From: a virus
IMG/VR virus record: IMGVR_UViG_3300030103_004108
Length of the DNA stretch: 28,936 bases
Direction: 5' to 3' (one strand)
Shown in pieces: positions 1 to 8,693 of this stretch (position 1 is its first letter; each line of letters starts with the position of its first letter). The position numbers were made by a program, and so were the translations under genes. Below the pieces are notes generated by a model, which worked only from the letters and a program-made list of their open reading frames with translations, was not told the DNA's origin and ran no database searches.

Positions 1-120
1 TCACGTCCGACAGAAATTTTCCCGTCAAGGTGTATAACATAATGATAACCTATATCGTTAAAACCACGTTGTAAGTGCCACTTTCTTATTGTGCTTACGC
101 TTACTTCACGTCCTACGGGT
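1..120. repeat. Terminal direct repeat, copy 1 (identical to 28817..28936); most likely a circular-closure overlap
   Basis: By direct comparison, the first 120 nt (tcacgtccgacagaaatttt...ttcacgtcctacgggt) match the last 120 nt base for base. The repeat lies inside one coding sequence. Confidence 0.95.
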
Positions 121-161
121 GTAGCTGAGCAGTGAATTATGATTTTATTTATCGTTCGCAT
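1..161 (-). CDS. N-acetylmuramoyl-L-alanine amidase (Amidase_2/PGRP, T7-lysozyme-like endolysin), 5' part; the gene wraps the circular junction and continues at 28816..28564
   Basis: Hand translation from ATG 161..159 across the junction gives MRTINKIIIHCSATPVGREVSVSTIRKWHLQRGFNDIGYHYVIHLDGKISVGRDINRIGAHCSGQNRGSIGICYVGGMTKDM...HGHNEYANKACPSFNVQEEYANL (137 aa). The hallmark motifs HCSAT, WH..RGxxDIGYHY, GAH, SIGICxxG and H...K.CP are present. The start overlaps the holin 3' end by 17 nt. Confidence 0.85.
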   Translation of the reverse strand, partial: MRTINKIIIHCSATPVGREVSVSTIRKWHLQRGFNDIGYHYVIHLDGKISVGR

Positions 162-618
162 TTATGTCTTTGAAGTCTTGCGTTACTTCTTTGGCTCTAG
201 CAAATAGATTCTTTAGACTCTGCCAAATGTCGATTCCTTTTACAGATTTTACATTTTCGTTCATACTTATTATTTCAATACTTACTAAAACTAAAGCTAA
301 TATCTTAGTGGTCATAAGTTCAACACTAAAAAATGTTAACACTATGTCGTTCAAAATGTAGTAGTCTATCAAGTAGAATAACATTACAGTTACTTCGTAC
401 AGAAGTATCTTGGATATGATCGCACTCAGTTTTCGTGACGTTACAGGCGTTTTAAGTTTTCGTGCTTTCCATACACCTGTTAAAGTGTCAAGAATTACAG
501 AAACACCGATTAAAATAAGTATGCCCGATATAGGCAAAAAGAAGCTGCTAACAATTGCGAGTAATTGCATGGAATAGTTGTTTAGTTTAGTTAGTAGCAA
601 AAGTAACTGTATTTTCAT
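145..618 (-). CDS. Holin (phage_holin_4_1 / LL-H-type family)
   Basis: 157-aa ORF with several hydrophobic segments. The motifs ILDTLTGVWKA....S and SIEIISMNEN fit the D-x2-TG ... E-x2-S-x-EN pattern of this holin family. It sits directly upstream of the amidase and overlaps it. Confidence 0.7.
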   Translation of the reverse strand: MKIQLLLLLTKLNNYSMQLLAIVSSFFLPISGILILIGVSVILDTLTGVWKARKLKTPVTSRKLSAIISKILLYEVTVMLFYLIDYYILNDIVLTFFSVELMTTKILALVLVSIEIISMNENVKSVKGIDIWQSLKNLFARAKEVTQDFKDINANDK

Positions 619-766
619 TGCTCAAGTTGTTCGGTTAGTTGGAAAGTTAAGTAAATTATAAGAAAACACGAAATACATCGTAAGTGAAAAACACTAGTCC
701 AAAACAAACTGAACGCTGATATGTAACCGGTTATAAAATATAATATTGCTAAAACTTTAGTGTGCA

Positions 767-1024
767 TTATTCTACAGGTAAAGGTTCTGACCACTCTTCA
801 GAAGCCATAAGTTGCAAAGCCTCATCGTGATTCATTGCTTGTAAAATCTCAACGCTTCCGTCACTTATAAAGGAAGGTACTGCATCGTACTTGATTATAA
901 ATTTAGTTTCATCTATACTTTTGCGGATTGTTTCTGCTGAAGTTTCGTGTATCTGTGAAAAGTCGATTTCGTTTAAATCTATTATGCTAATTGTTGCGTA
1001 TGTTTCTGCTATTCTGTTACTCAT
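767..1024 (-). CDS. Hypothetical acidic protein (85 aa) at the end of the fibre module
   Basis: Clean ORF in the same orientation, lying 14 nt downstream of the preceding gene. No motif recognised. Confidence 0.7.
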   Translation of the reverse strand: MSNRIAETYATISIIDLNEIDFSQIHETSAETIRKSIDETKFIIKYDAVPSFISDGSVEILQAMNHDEALQLMASEEWSEPLPVE

Positions 1025-1038
1025 TTTTTTATTCGTTT

Positions 1039-1821
1039 TTATGTAGGTACGTCTGTTATAATGTTACCGCTTGTCATATTTGTCATTGTTCCGTCATTGC
1101 CGCCGCTTCCATTGTCTGTCAATGTTGGGAATGTATCTCCGTCTCCCATACGCCACCAACTAAGCGGACTTAATGAAGATAAGTCATTAGGCACACCACT
1201 ATTGTAAATGCTTGTTATGTCGCTTTGAGAGAGTTCTGAGGAAAAGATTGCCACCTCATCCATTGCTCCGTTTGCAAATGTAGAGGCTATTTGACCAATA
1301 TAAACATCAGCAGTAGTGTTGTGCATTGCAACATAAGTTCCGTTTGTATCCGTTGTATCGTCTACTCTAACTCCATCAACATATATTTTAATGCCGTCTT
1401 GAGCATTTGCGCCACCCACTCCACTATAAGTTGCTGCAACGTGATACCATTGCCCTGTGTTTAAAGGCGTATTAAACAACCTTGCTCTATACTTGGTGCC
1501 ATCAAATATATATAACTCTAACTTACTTGAAGAACCTACGTCAAACTGATACTCATAGTTAGGCGCTTCGTATTTACTTAAAATTCTGAATTTGTTAATA
1601 CTATTCATATTAATCCAAGCAGAAATAGAAAAAGGCGAATCCGTAGAACCATTACCAAAACTTAAATTGTCCGCATCTCCACAATCTACAAAGTCATCAA
1701 TTCCGTCAAACCTTACGCTCTTTGTGTTAGTGAAAGACGGAGTACTTGCCGTTCCTGTTAAGTTAGTTTCGGGGCTATAACTTAGTCCGTGTATTTTTCC
1801 CCAATTAATTGTATTGCTCAT
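1039..1821 (-). CDS. LamG/concanavalin-A-like lectin-domain protein; candidate tail fibre or receptor-binding protein (paralog B)
   Basis: SVRFDGIDDFV, FSISAWIN, IKIYVDGV and ANGAMDEVAIFSSELSQSDITSIYN fit the Laminin_G_3 pattern. The C-terminal ~50 aa (WWRMGDGDTFPTLTDNGSGGNDGTMTNMTSGNIITDVPT) are nearly identical to the neighbouring gene. Confidence 0.65.
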   Translation of the reverse strand: MSNTINWGKIHGLSYSPETNLTGTASTPSFTNTKSVRFDGIDDFVDCGDADNLSFGNGSTDSPFSISAWINMNSINKFRILSKYEAPNYEYQFDVGSSSKLELYIFDGTKYRARLFNTPLNTGQWYHVAATYSGVGGANAQDGIKIYVDGVRVDDTTDTNGTYVAMHNTTADVYIGQIASTFANGAMDEVAIFSSELSQSDITSIYNSGVPNDLSSLSPLSWWRMGDGDTFPTLTDNGSGGNDGTMTNMTSGNIITDVPT

Positions 1822-1832
1822 ATCGTTCGTGT

Positions 1833-2606
1833 TTATGTAGGTACGTCGCTAACTATGTTACCACTCGTCATGTTTACCATCGTTCCGTTATTACTTCCAA
1901 TATTATCTGTAAGTGTCGGGAATGTATCGCCATCTCCCATACGCCACCAAGCTTCTATATTAGAAATAGACGAAACATCATTAGGAGCGCCGCCATTGTA
2001 TATACTTGTAACTTCGCTTTGTGTTAAACCTCTGCTGTAAATACTAACCTCATCGATGGCGCCATTAAAAAATTGACTAAAACCTCCATAGCCCGCATCT
2101 CCAAGCATTAAAGGTTCTGTGTTGCTATTAATGTTACCTGTTGCGCTTGCTGTTCCTTTTAAAACTCCGTCAATATAAATCTTAACATTACTGCCGTCAT
2201 AAGTTCCTACCACATTAATCCAAACATTTTGAGAAGGCACTACGCCACTAAACGCAGTAAAACTGCCATCGGGAGTGAGAACCGTAAAATATAATTCCCC
2301 TGCATTAGAAGAAGAACCGCTTCTCATATTTGCTAATTGAAAAGAATGACCAAAAGACGGCCCAATTTTTGCAACTATTGGGTGGTATTGATTTGAAGTA
2401 GCAACGTTGTTATTGTAATTAACCCAAGTAGAAATAGAAATTTCTGCGTATCCACTTCCTAAAGTATTATTGATTTCTACCCTGTCATCAACGCCGTCAA
2501 ACCGTACGCTCTTTGTATTAGAAAAAGACGAACCCACCTTTGCACCTTGTCCCCATCCTATGGTATTATTTACTGCTCCTTGACCGTATTCTATTGTATT
2601 CGCCAT
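1833..2606 (-). CDS. LamG/concanavalin-A-like lectin-domain protein; candidate tail fibre or receptor-binding protein (paralog A)
   Basis: SVRFDGVDDRV, ISISTWVN, VKIYIDGV and FNGAIDEVSIYSRGLTQSEVTSIYN fit the same pattern. It carries the shared C-terminal tail WWRMGDGDTFPTLTDNIGSNNGTMVNMTSGNIVSDVPT. Confidence 0.65.
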   Translation of the reverse strand: MANTIEYGQGAVNNTIGWGQGAKVGSSFSNTKSVRFDGVDDRVEINNTLGSGYAEISISTWVNYNNNVATSNQYHPIVAKIGPSFGHSFQLANMRSGSSSNAGELYFTVLTPDGSFTAFSGVVPSQNVWINVVGTYDGSNVKIYIDGVLKGTASATGNINSNTEPLMLGDAGYGGFSQFFNGAIDEVSIYSRGLTQSEVTSIYNGGAPNDVSSISNIEAWWRMGDGDTFPTLTDNIGSNNGTMVNMTSGNIVSDVPT

Positions 2607-2610
2607 TTTC

Positions 2611-3054
2611 TTATGTTGTTATGTCTCCAAACAAATACCAAGTATCTGTCGCTACTTTTAATATTGTTGCTACTGCGTACTGAGCTGCAAGTTTCGTCTT
2701 TCCACCGCTTGAATTTACCGTTACGCCTCCCGATGGTACTATTGTAATTTGACCTGCGCCGCCTTGAATTATTTCAATCCGTGTTCCAATAGGAAAAGCT
2801 ATTCCGCTATTAGTAGGAATTTTTAAATCTATTGCGCTACCGTTTGTGACTATGACCGTTTTATGGGCATCCGTCAAAACAAGGTTATAAGTTGTAACCG
2901 TTTGCTCGTTTAACGTACTATCTTTAAGCTGCGCTCCGCTTATCTTCTTAGATGCAAAACCACCTGCACCGTCACTTTCGGCAATAGCAAATTCGTCTGT
3001 ACTTGCTAAGTTGCTACTTTTTGCCGTTATCTGACTTATTCGTATTTCTGCCAT
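2611..3054 (-). CDS. Hypothetical virion protein (147 aa), Gly/Thr/Ile-rich and beta-rich
   Basis: ORF lying between the connector-like gene and the LamG genes. Its composition is typical of small fibre or baseplate proteins. No specific motif recognised. Confidence 0.6.
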   Translation of the reverse strand: MAEIRISQITAKSSNLASTDEFAIAESDGAGGFASKKISGAQLKDSTLNEQTVTTYNLVLTDAHKTVIVTNGSAIDLKIPTNSGIAFPIGTRIEIIQGGAGQITIVPSGGVTVNSSGGKTKLAAQYAVATILKVATDTWYLFGDITT

Positions 3055-3111
3055 AGTATTTTTTTAAATATAATTCTAAACGCTTTACGTTTTTTGCTTT
3101 CGGTTTGTATT

Positions 3112-3621
3112 TTAAAGTACCCATCCTTCGAAATTGTTGTAACTGTTTGGAAAAACGTCTGAACCTGTGTTTGCGTTGTATTCCGGAAACAAGTTATTGT
3201 TTTGACAAATGTAGTCTATAAACCTTTCTTTGTAGTGTTCGTATGTTTTGCGTTCACGTTCCATCAAAAAGTCTATTTCGTTTTTACTTACCGTTTCACT
3301 ATTTTCTGCACCGTGTTTATATACGCCTTTGTTGCCTATTGTAATAGCCGCAAAAGGTAGAAATTCTAACATAGATGCGTGGATAAGGCACGGTTTAATA
3401 TAAGTCGTTAGAAGTGATAAATACGGATCGGCTAAAGTACCTGCTATGATGTCTGCTTGAATCTTTTCTAGTAGCTTCGTACCTAACATACCTTGTATGT
3501 GTATGTCTTGTGCTATAGAAACGTACTGAATAAACTTGTCTACGTCTACGTTGCCGTTTACAGTAGTAAACTTTCGAACATCGTTTTGTGAAATTAAAAG
3601 TGCTTTTGCCATTATTGCCAA
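3112..3621 (-). CDS. Head-tail connector/adaptor-like protein (gp6-like), tentative
   Basis: 169 aa, overlapping the portal gene stop by 10 nt. The helical pattern (...FIQYVSIAQDIHIQGMLGTKLLEKI...YIKPCLIH...) resembles head-tail connector families. Assignment rests on pattern memory only. Confidence 0.4.
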   Translation of the reverse strand: MAIMAKALLISQNDVRKFTTVNGNVDVDKFIQYVSIAQDIHIQGMLGTKLLEKIQADIIAGTLADPYLSLLTTYIKPCLIHASMLEFLPFAAITIGNKGVYKHGAENSETVSKNEIDFLMERERKTYEHYKERFIDYICQNNNLFPEYNANTGSDVFPNSYNNFEGWVL

Positions 3622-5393
3622 TATTTTCTTGTGTTAGGATTGTTTGGTGAATATCCTTTAGTCCGTGTATCTCTTGGTCTTGTGCTAACTAATTTTGGGT
3701 TTCTAATTTCATAACCGTACTTCTTAGCTTTTGCACCTGCAATTTGTCTTGCTCTTGGACTTCTTACGTCAATTCCTGTGCCTTCGAAAGCCACAAAAAT
3801 AAGTTTGTTCCACCGATGAAAACAGTTTGGGCCTCCGTGGTGTAACCATATCGAATAAACGTCTGAGCCAAACTCACCGAAGCCGGGGTTTACAGGTTTG
3901 TTAGTCATCGCAAGTATATCTTCTTTACGATATATCTTGTTAGCAGTCATCATAGCTTTACAAAACTTCCTAGTTTTGCTTGTCGTTTTACCTGCATAAA
4001 CATACCTAGTAATAAACTTAATACCGTCTATCACTTCGTCTTGTTCACTTTTTGCGTTTGGAAAAGCAGTACCTGTAGAAACTAGGTTTATTAATTTGTC
4101 TTTAAAAGATAGTTCCGTTTTTATGTCGCTAGATAGTAGTTCGTTTTCTTTGTCGTCTGTGTCGTAGTCTACTTCGTATTCGTCAAGCAAAAGCCAATCT
4201 TCTTTAGGTTCTTCACCTAAGTCTATAAAGTCTTGTAAGTCCTTGTTTATATCGCTTAGTTCTACACCTGTTTCTTCTTCAAGTTCTTCACCGTCTAAAG
4301 GCACACCAATTTCTATAAATTCAAGTGGCTTAAGTGTCTTAAAGTACAAGTTCAAGCTAATTCCGTTGTAAGCAAGTATTTCGTCAAAGGCATCTAGCAG
4401 CATTTCTTGCATCGGTTTGATAACCATATTCGAAAATAGTGCGAAACTGTCTTTTAGTTCGTCTGAATTACTACTGAAGCCATTACTTGAAGCAATACCA
4501 AAAAGTAAAGGTGAAGTAACGTTATGCGCTAACATTATCTTGCGTAAACATTCTTCGCTTAAAGTAGAATACAAATCGGGTGCATCGTTTACAGGCATCG
4601 CATCAACCGTTGTCTTACTTTCTGCGTTGTTGTTAAAGGCAACTATAAGCTTTTCGCCATACGTTCCTGTCAAATTGTTTAAGACTTTGCTTTTTATTAA
4701 GTGTTGTTGGTCTTCACTTGGTACACCGTTGTTAAAGTTTACTACCGTTCTACCACTGAAACCGTTGTTTACTTCGTTTATAAGATAAGTGCTTATGTCT
4801 TCTTCTAAAGCACAATAAGGTAAACCGCCTGTATAGTCTACAAGTGCGAAATATTTCATTCCTACAGAATAAGGTCGAACCATCATAATTTCTAGACCTT
4901 CTTTTGAATAGCCGTAAGCAGGTATTCTTTTAGGTTTGTACTTCTTAACGTCTGACCAATCGTCACTATAGTAGTAAGCTTCTATTTCACCTTCAGAATT
5001 GCACTTTTCCGGTCTTAGTAATTGTACAGGTATGTGATGAACGTTTACTATCTTCTTACGATCTTTAGAATAAATTACTTGCATTGCACACTGACCTAGT
5101 AGTTTAAGGTCTGTTACAAGTCTTCTTACATCCGTCTTTTTGAATAAAGACATCATTACGGCGTAGTCGTTTGGCTTTACCTTTGCATCTGTAGCGTTTA
5201 GACCTTTACCGTACACTAAGCGTGTTATGTTGTTTATAATAGCGTTATTCGTAGTGCTATTAGTGTACATATCTATAAGGTGATTGTAATATAAATTGTC
5301 CTCACCGTATTCAACCCAATCGTTACGCTTACTTTCTGTAATTACAGGTGCTTCGTAAGTGCTTAATTCCAATAAGTGTATGTTGTTACTCAT
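3612..5393 (-). CDS. Portal protein fused to a MuF/SPP1 gp7-like head-morphogenesis domain
   Basis: 593 aa. The N-terminal ~380 aa are portal-like (WVEYGEDNLYYNHLIDMYTNSTTNNAIINNITRLVYGKG). An acidic linker follows (EELEEETGVELSD...DEYEVDYDTDD). The C-terminus carries RKFCKAMM...HHGGPNCFHRW, reminiscent of the MuF minor-head motif. No other ORF in the genome is portal-sized. Confidence 0.55.
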   Translation of the reverse strand: MSNNIHLLELSTYEAPVITESKRNDWVEYGEDNLYYNHLIDMYTNSTTNNAIINNITRLVYGKGLNATDAKVKPNDYAVMMSLFKKTDVRRLVTDLKLLGQCAMQVIYSKDRKKIVNVHHIPVQLLRPEKCNSEGEIEAYYYSDDWSDVKKYKPKRIPAYGYSKEGLEIMMVRPYSVGMKYFALVDYTGGLPYCALEEDISTYLINEVNNGFSGRTVVNFNNGVPSEDQQHLIKSKVLNNLTGTYGEKLIVAFNNNAESKTTVDAMPVNDAPDLYSTLSEECLRKIMLAHNVTSPLLFGIASSNGFSSNSDELKDSFALFSNMVIKPMQEMLLDAFDEILAYNGISLNLYFKTLKPLEFIEIGVPLDGEELEEETGVELSDINKDLQDFIDLGEEPKEDWLLLDEYEVDYDTDDKENELLSSDIKTELSFKDKLINLVSTGTAFPNAKSEQDEVIDGIKFITRYVYAGKTTSKTRKFCKAMMTANKIYRKEDILAMTNKPVNPGFGEFGSDVYSIWLHHGGPNCFHRWNKLIFVAFEGTGIDVRSPRARQIAGAKAKKYGYEIRNPKLVSTRPRDTRTKGYSPNNPNTRKYWQ

Positions 5394-5736
5394 AAATTAT
5401 AAATTCGTTATTTGAAACGTTTTGGGTGTACTCACCTTCGTTGACTGAATAGTTTACCACAGGCGTTTGGTTAGTGCAAAATATTCTGTCTTTATGTACT
5501 GTAGTAGTTCCGTTTTTTAGTGTAAGCTTATAAAAGTTGTTTTCTACAAGACTAAAAGAACCGTTTACAAAGGTAGCGTTTATTGTATCGTAATAGTCAC
5601 CGTTTGTAAAACTTGTAATTGTAATTTCTTTTTCTTCGCCTGTTGCTTCGTTCTGTACTAATAGCTTATCGTAAGTTTGGCTTCTTGGTATGAAGCTAAA
5701 ACTTTGTTCTGTTGCTATTGCTTGAAGTATTACCAT
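5386..5736 (-). CDS. Hypothetical structural-module protein (116 aa)
   Basis: ORF overlapping the portal gene start by 8 nt and preceded by the conserved AGTTATTATAGT-ATG leader. No motif recognised. Confidence 0.7.
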   Translation of the reverse strand: MVILQAIATEQSFSFIPRSQTYDKLLVQNEATGEEKEITITSFTNGDYYDTINATFVNGSFSLVENNFYKLTLKNGTTTVHKDRIFCTNQTPVVNYSVNEGEYTQNVSNNEFIIYE

Positions 5737-5785
5737 ACTATAATAACTAAAAAAGTGTAAAAGTGTTTTCTTTTCGTTTTTATGT

Positions 5786-5813
5786 AAAAAGAAAAAGCAC
5801 CCCGAAAGGTGCT
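5786..5813 (-). terminator. Rho-independent terminator after the 195-aa gene
   Basis: Minus-sense AGCACC-TTTCGG-GGTGCT (6-bp stem) followed by TTTTCTTTTT. It lies 27 nt past the stop at 5840. Confidence 0.75.
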
Positions 5814-5839
5814 AAATCTACACTATGAAAACAAAAAAC

Positions 5840-6427
5840 TTAAGAAGTTACTATAGTTGCATCTGCACCACTTACGGTTGCAAATAGTGTTTTTAATGTT
5901 GATTCGTTAGTACAATCTAAGAAGTTCGCAGGAAGTTCTTCTTCTGCCGTGAACGTCAAAGAGTAACCGTTGAAGTCACCTAACGCTGCACCTGTAGAAA
6001 TTTCACCTGCAGAAACGTCTGCACCTTGATCAAGTCCCATTAAAAAGAATTGGTCAGTCATTGTTCTGATAACGATTCTTGGTCTACCGTAAGCAAGAAG
6101 TTTTACGTTTTTAGTAGTCGCTGCATCTTGTCTTTTAAGGTTAGCTACTAAAGTCTGTGTAAAGAAAGTAGTACCATTGTCTCTTGAAGAATTAATTGCA
6201 GTTGTAAAACTGTTTGCCGTAGACTTTAATTCGTATTTGTATAGGTTCATAGAAGCACTATCGTCAATTGGAGTCCAATAGTCTATAACGTCTTCTTCAC
6301 CTGTTCCTGTTAAGTATGATGCTGAATCTGAATTTAATTTGTCGTAATTGATTATGTAAATTGCCTTAAGACCACTTACGGAATCTTTACATTGCTCTAT
6401 ACGACCGTTGCTAATATCACAAGCCAT
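5840..6427 (-). CDS. Putative major tail (tube) protein
   Basis: 195 aa. The gene stands alone, bracketed by two strong terminators directly after the capsid gene, which suggests high expression. Its size and beta-rich composition fit siphovirus tube proteins. No diagnostic motif. Confidence 0.4.
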   Translation of the reverse strand: MACDISNGRIEQCKDSVSGLKAIYIINYDKLNSDSASYLTGTGEEDVIDYWTPIDDSASMNLYKYELKSTANSFTTAINSSRDNGTTFFTQTLVANLKRQDAATTKNVKLLAYGRPRIVIRTMTDQFFLMGLDQGADVSAGEISTGAALGDFNGYSLTFTAEEELPANFLDCTNESTLKTLFATVSGADATIVTS

Positions 6428-6447
6428 TTTATTTTAGTTTTATGAAC

Positions 6448-6478
6448 AAAAAAAGCAGAAGGCATTTTACCTCCTGCT
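6448..6478 (-). terminator. Rho-independent terminator after the major capsid gene
   Basis: Minus-sense AGCAGGAGG-TAAAATG-CCTTCTGCT (9-bp stem with one G-U pair) followed by TTTTTTT. Confidence 0.8.
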
Positions 6479-6500
6479 TTAATATAGTTCGTGGTTAGTA

Positions 6501-7430
6501 TTAAGCGTAAATTACTACGTCTGAATTAATTCCCATTTGAACGGCTGCAGTAAATCGCATAATTACGCGAACATTTTGCGAACCGTCAAGGTCAGCCATA
6601 TCTAATACTTTAACTTCGTTAGTGTCGTTAAGTAGACCTGTACCGAAGAATAAGTTAGACTTTTGCGCTGCCATCATTGAAGAAGCAGGTAGACCTTGTG
6701 CTACAACTACAGGAATACCATCGAAAGAAAGCGCACCGTTGTTAAACCAAGTTGTACCTTCAGCGTTAACACCGTTAGCACCAAGACCGTTAGCACCGAA
6801 ACCACCTAAAGCACGGATATATGCTCTTGCTACGTTTGGAGCAACGTAAATGAATAAATCGTCTTTCCCATAGACATTTTGACCTATGGCATCAACCACC
6901 TTACCCATCTCATCGATGCAATTTGCGGCAGTAATAGCAGTTCCTGTTACTGCAGTACATCCACTACCACCTGCAGTTGCTAAGTAGTAGAATCCGTCAA
7001 ATTCTCCTGCGTTTCCTGTTTGACCACTCCAAATTGTAGATTCGATTTGTGAAGCTACTTTAGCACCTGTGTAACCAATTACATAGTCTTCGAAAGAAGC
7101 AGGTAAAGAATCAAAAGCAGAAAAGCCCATCTCAGCAGCTTGCCAAGTTGCGTGTAAATCTTTTTTACAAAGTTGTACGTTTACTTGGAATTCTTCCGGC
7201 TGAATGATTTTTTCAGTTAAAGTTAAAGTTCCATCTGCTGAAAAATCGCACGTTGCGTCTTTCACGATGTCGTTGTAAGATGCTACTTGTAGTACAGACT
7301 TGTACTTTACGTTCGGCATCACGGTAATTAAACCGTTTTCTAAAGTTTGTGCACTTAAAAGTGCTGCAGAAATATACTTGCCTGCAAATTCGCCTGCATA
7401 AGTAGTTCCTGTTGTTACGGGATTTGCCAT
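6501..7430 (-). CDS. Major capsid protein (HK97-fold-like)
   Basis: 309 aa. It follows an acidic scaffold-like gene and is followed by a strong terminator. Composition and length are typical of HK97-like capsid proteins. Assigned by position and pattern. Confidence 0.7.
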   Translation of the reverse strand: MANPVTTGTTYAGEFAGKYISAALLSAQTLENGLITVMPNVKYKSVLQVASYNDIVKDATCDFSADGTLTLTEKIIQPEEFQVNVQLCKKDLHATWQAAEMGFSAFDSLPASFEDYVIGYTGAKVASQIESTIWSGQTGNAGEFDGFYYLATAGGSGCTAVTGTAITAANCIDEMGKVVDAIGQNVYGKDDLFIYVAPNVARAYIRALGGFGANGLGANGVNAEGTTWFNNGALSFDGIPVVVAQGLPASSMMAAQKSNLFFGTGLLNDTNEVKVLDMADLDGSQNVRVIMRFTAAVQMGINSDVVIYA

Positions 7431-7453
7431 AATTTATTTATTAATTTATTTGT

Positions 7454-8110
7454 TTATTTTTTACTTAGTTTCTCCATTACTCTATCCATAGTGCTCTTTG
7501 CTCTATTTTTAGAGAATTGATGAAGTTCTATTTTCTCTTCGTTTTCCGGGTTGTGTGTAATAGGTTTAGCAGCAGGTTCTTCGTTAGAAAGTTCTACTGT
7601 TTCTTCTACTACTTCTTCAGAAGTAACTTCTTCTGTAGTTTCGTCTTTTGAAAATTCTTCTTTGTTGTTGATCTTAGAAAGATGCTCTACTTCTGCTTTC
7701 AGTTCTTCGTTCTCTTTTTTCAAAGCTTCAATTTCACTAAAGAAAGTTTCTTTAACAATTGACTCTACAGTTTTCTTAACAGGTTTTGTTTCTTCAGTCG
7801 CAGCTTCTACTTCTTCTTCTTTAGTTTCAACTTCTTCTTCAACTACTTCTTCTACTTCCTCTTTTTTAATTTCTGCTATAATACCTTCTTCTTCGATTAC
7901 AAGCATTTCACCTTCATCACCGTCAAGTTTATATTCACCTACAGGCATTGGTATTTTTTGTTCGTCTTCTGTTACGATAGCAACTTGAAAACCTGCAGCA
8001 AATTCTTCTGCTTCGATTCGTGTTTGTCCGTCTTCAAGACGTCTTTCTGCTAACTTAACTTCCATTCCTAAAAGTTCTCTTACTTTGTTTAAAATTGAAT
8101 TATCTTTCAT
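7454..8110 (-). CDS. Scaffolding-like protein (very acidic, Glu-rich coiled coil)
   Basis: 218 aa with long EE(V/T)EE tracts, immediately upstream of the capsid gene. Confidence 0.5.
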   Translation of the reverse strand: MKDNSILNKVRELLGMEVKLAERRLEDGQTRIEAEEFAAGFQVAIVTEDEQKIPMPVGEYKLDGDEGEMLVIEEEGIIAEIKKEEVEEVVEEEVETKEEEVEAATEETKPVKKTVESIVKETFFSEIEALKKENEELKAEVEHLSKINNKEEFSKDETTEEVTSEEVVEETVELSNEEPAAKPITHNPENEEKIELHQFSKNRAKSTMDRVMEKLSKK

Positions 8111-8129
8111 TTTGTTTATTTATTCGTGT

Positions 8130-8651
8130 TTATAGGTTTTTTCTTAAATTGTCTTGCATTTTTTTGTATTTAGCAATAGGCAACTTTAAACCTAAATCTT
8201 TTGCTGCTGCTTCTGCTTTTTGTAAATTTTTGTCAAATATATTCAAAAGGTTTTGCGCTTTTTTAACTTTTGGAGCTTTGCTTTTTTCTGCTTTTGCAAC
8301 TTCTGCTTCATAACCTTCTATTTGATTTTCATTACTTTTCAAAGATTTATTAGCATCTTCTAGTTGTCTTTTTGCTGCAAGAAACTTATCTTCTAAATCA
8401 AAATACTTATCTGAAGCTTTTTCACGATTTGTTAAAAGTTTCTGTCTTGCTTTTACTTCTCTATCGACAACTTTTTGCATATCCAACATACGCTTATTGT
8501 CTTGTTTTAATCCGTTTAAAATATCTTCACCTTGATCTAACGCTTTGTTCAAATCGTCAATAAGTCCAAGTTCTACTTTCTGTGCAGCTAACTTTGTTAT
8601 CTTATCTTCTTTAGCAAGTTTGCTAAATACTTTGTTCATTTGTGGATTCAT
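8130..8651 (-). CDS. Hypothetical coiled-coil protein (173 aa, Lys/Glu-rich)
   Basis: ORF between the protease and scaffold genes, preceded by the conserved leader AAGTTATTATAGT-ATG. Confidence 0.65.
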   Translation of the reverse strand: MNPQMNKVFSKLAKEDKITKLAAQKVELGLIDDLNKALDQGEDILNGLKQDNKRMLDMQKVVDREVKARQKLLTNREKASDKYFDLEDKFLAAKRQLEDANKSLKSNENQIEGYEAEVAKAEKSKAPKVKKAQNLLNIFDKNLQKAEAAAKDLGLKLPIAKYKKMQDNLRKNL

Positions 8652-8693
8652 ACTATAATAACTTTATTTTAAATTGTTTGTTGCATTTTCGTT

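Noticed and set aside
724-733. The perfect 10-bp palindrome TAACCGGTTA in the 148-nt gap upstream of the holin gene, considered as a terminator, operator or cos/pac signal.
   Set aside because: It has no loop for a hairpin, no U-tract, no second copy and no nearby promoter match. A single short palindrome is not sufficient evidence.
5740-5745. TATAAT hexamers on the plus strand next to several minus-strand start codons (5740, 8655, 9986), considered as sigma-70 -10 boxes for plus-strand transcription.
   Set aside because: There are no credible plus-strand genes. The hexamer is part of the conserved minus-strand leader AGTTATTATAGT-ATG, and Bacteroidota promoters use TAnnTTTG rather than TATAAT.
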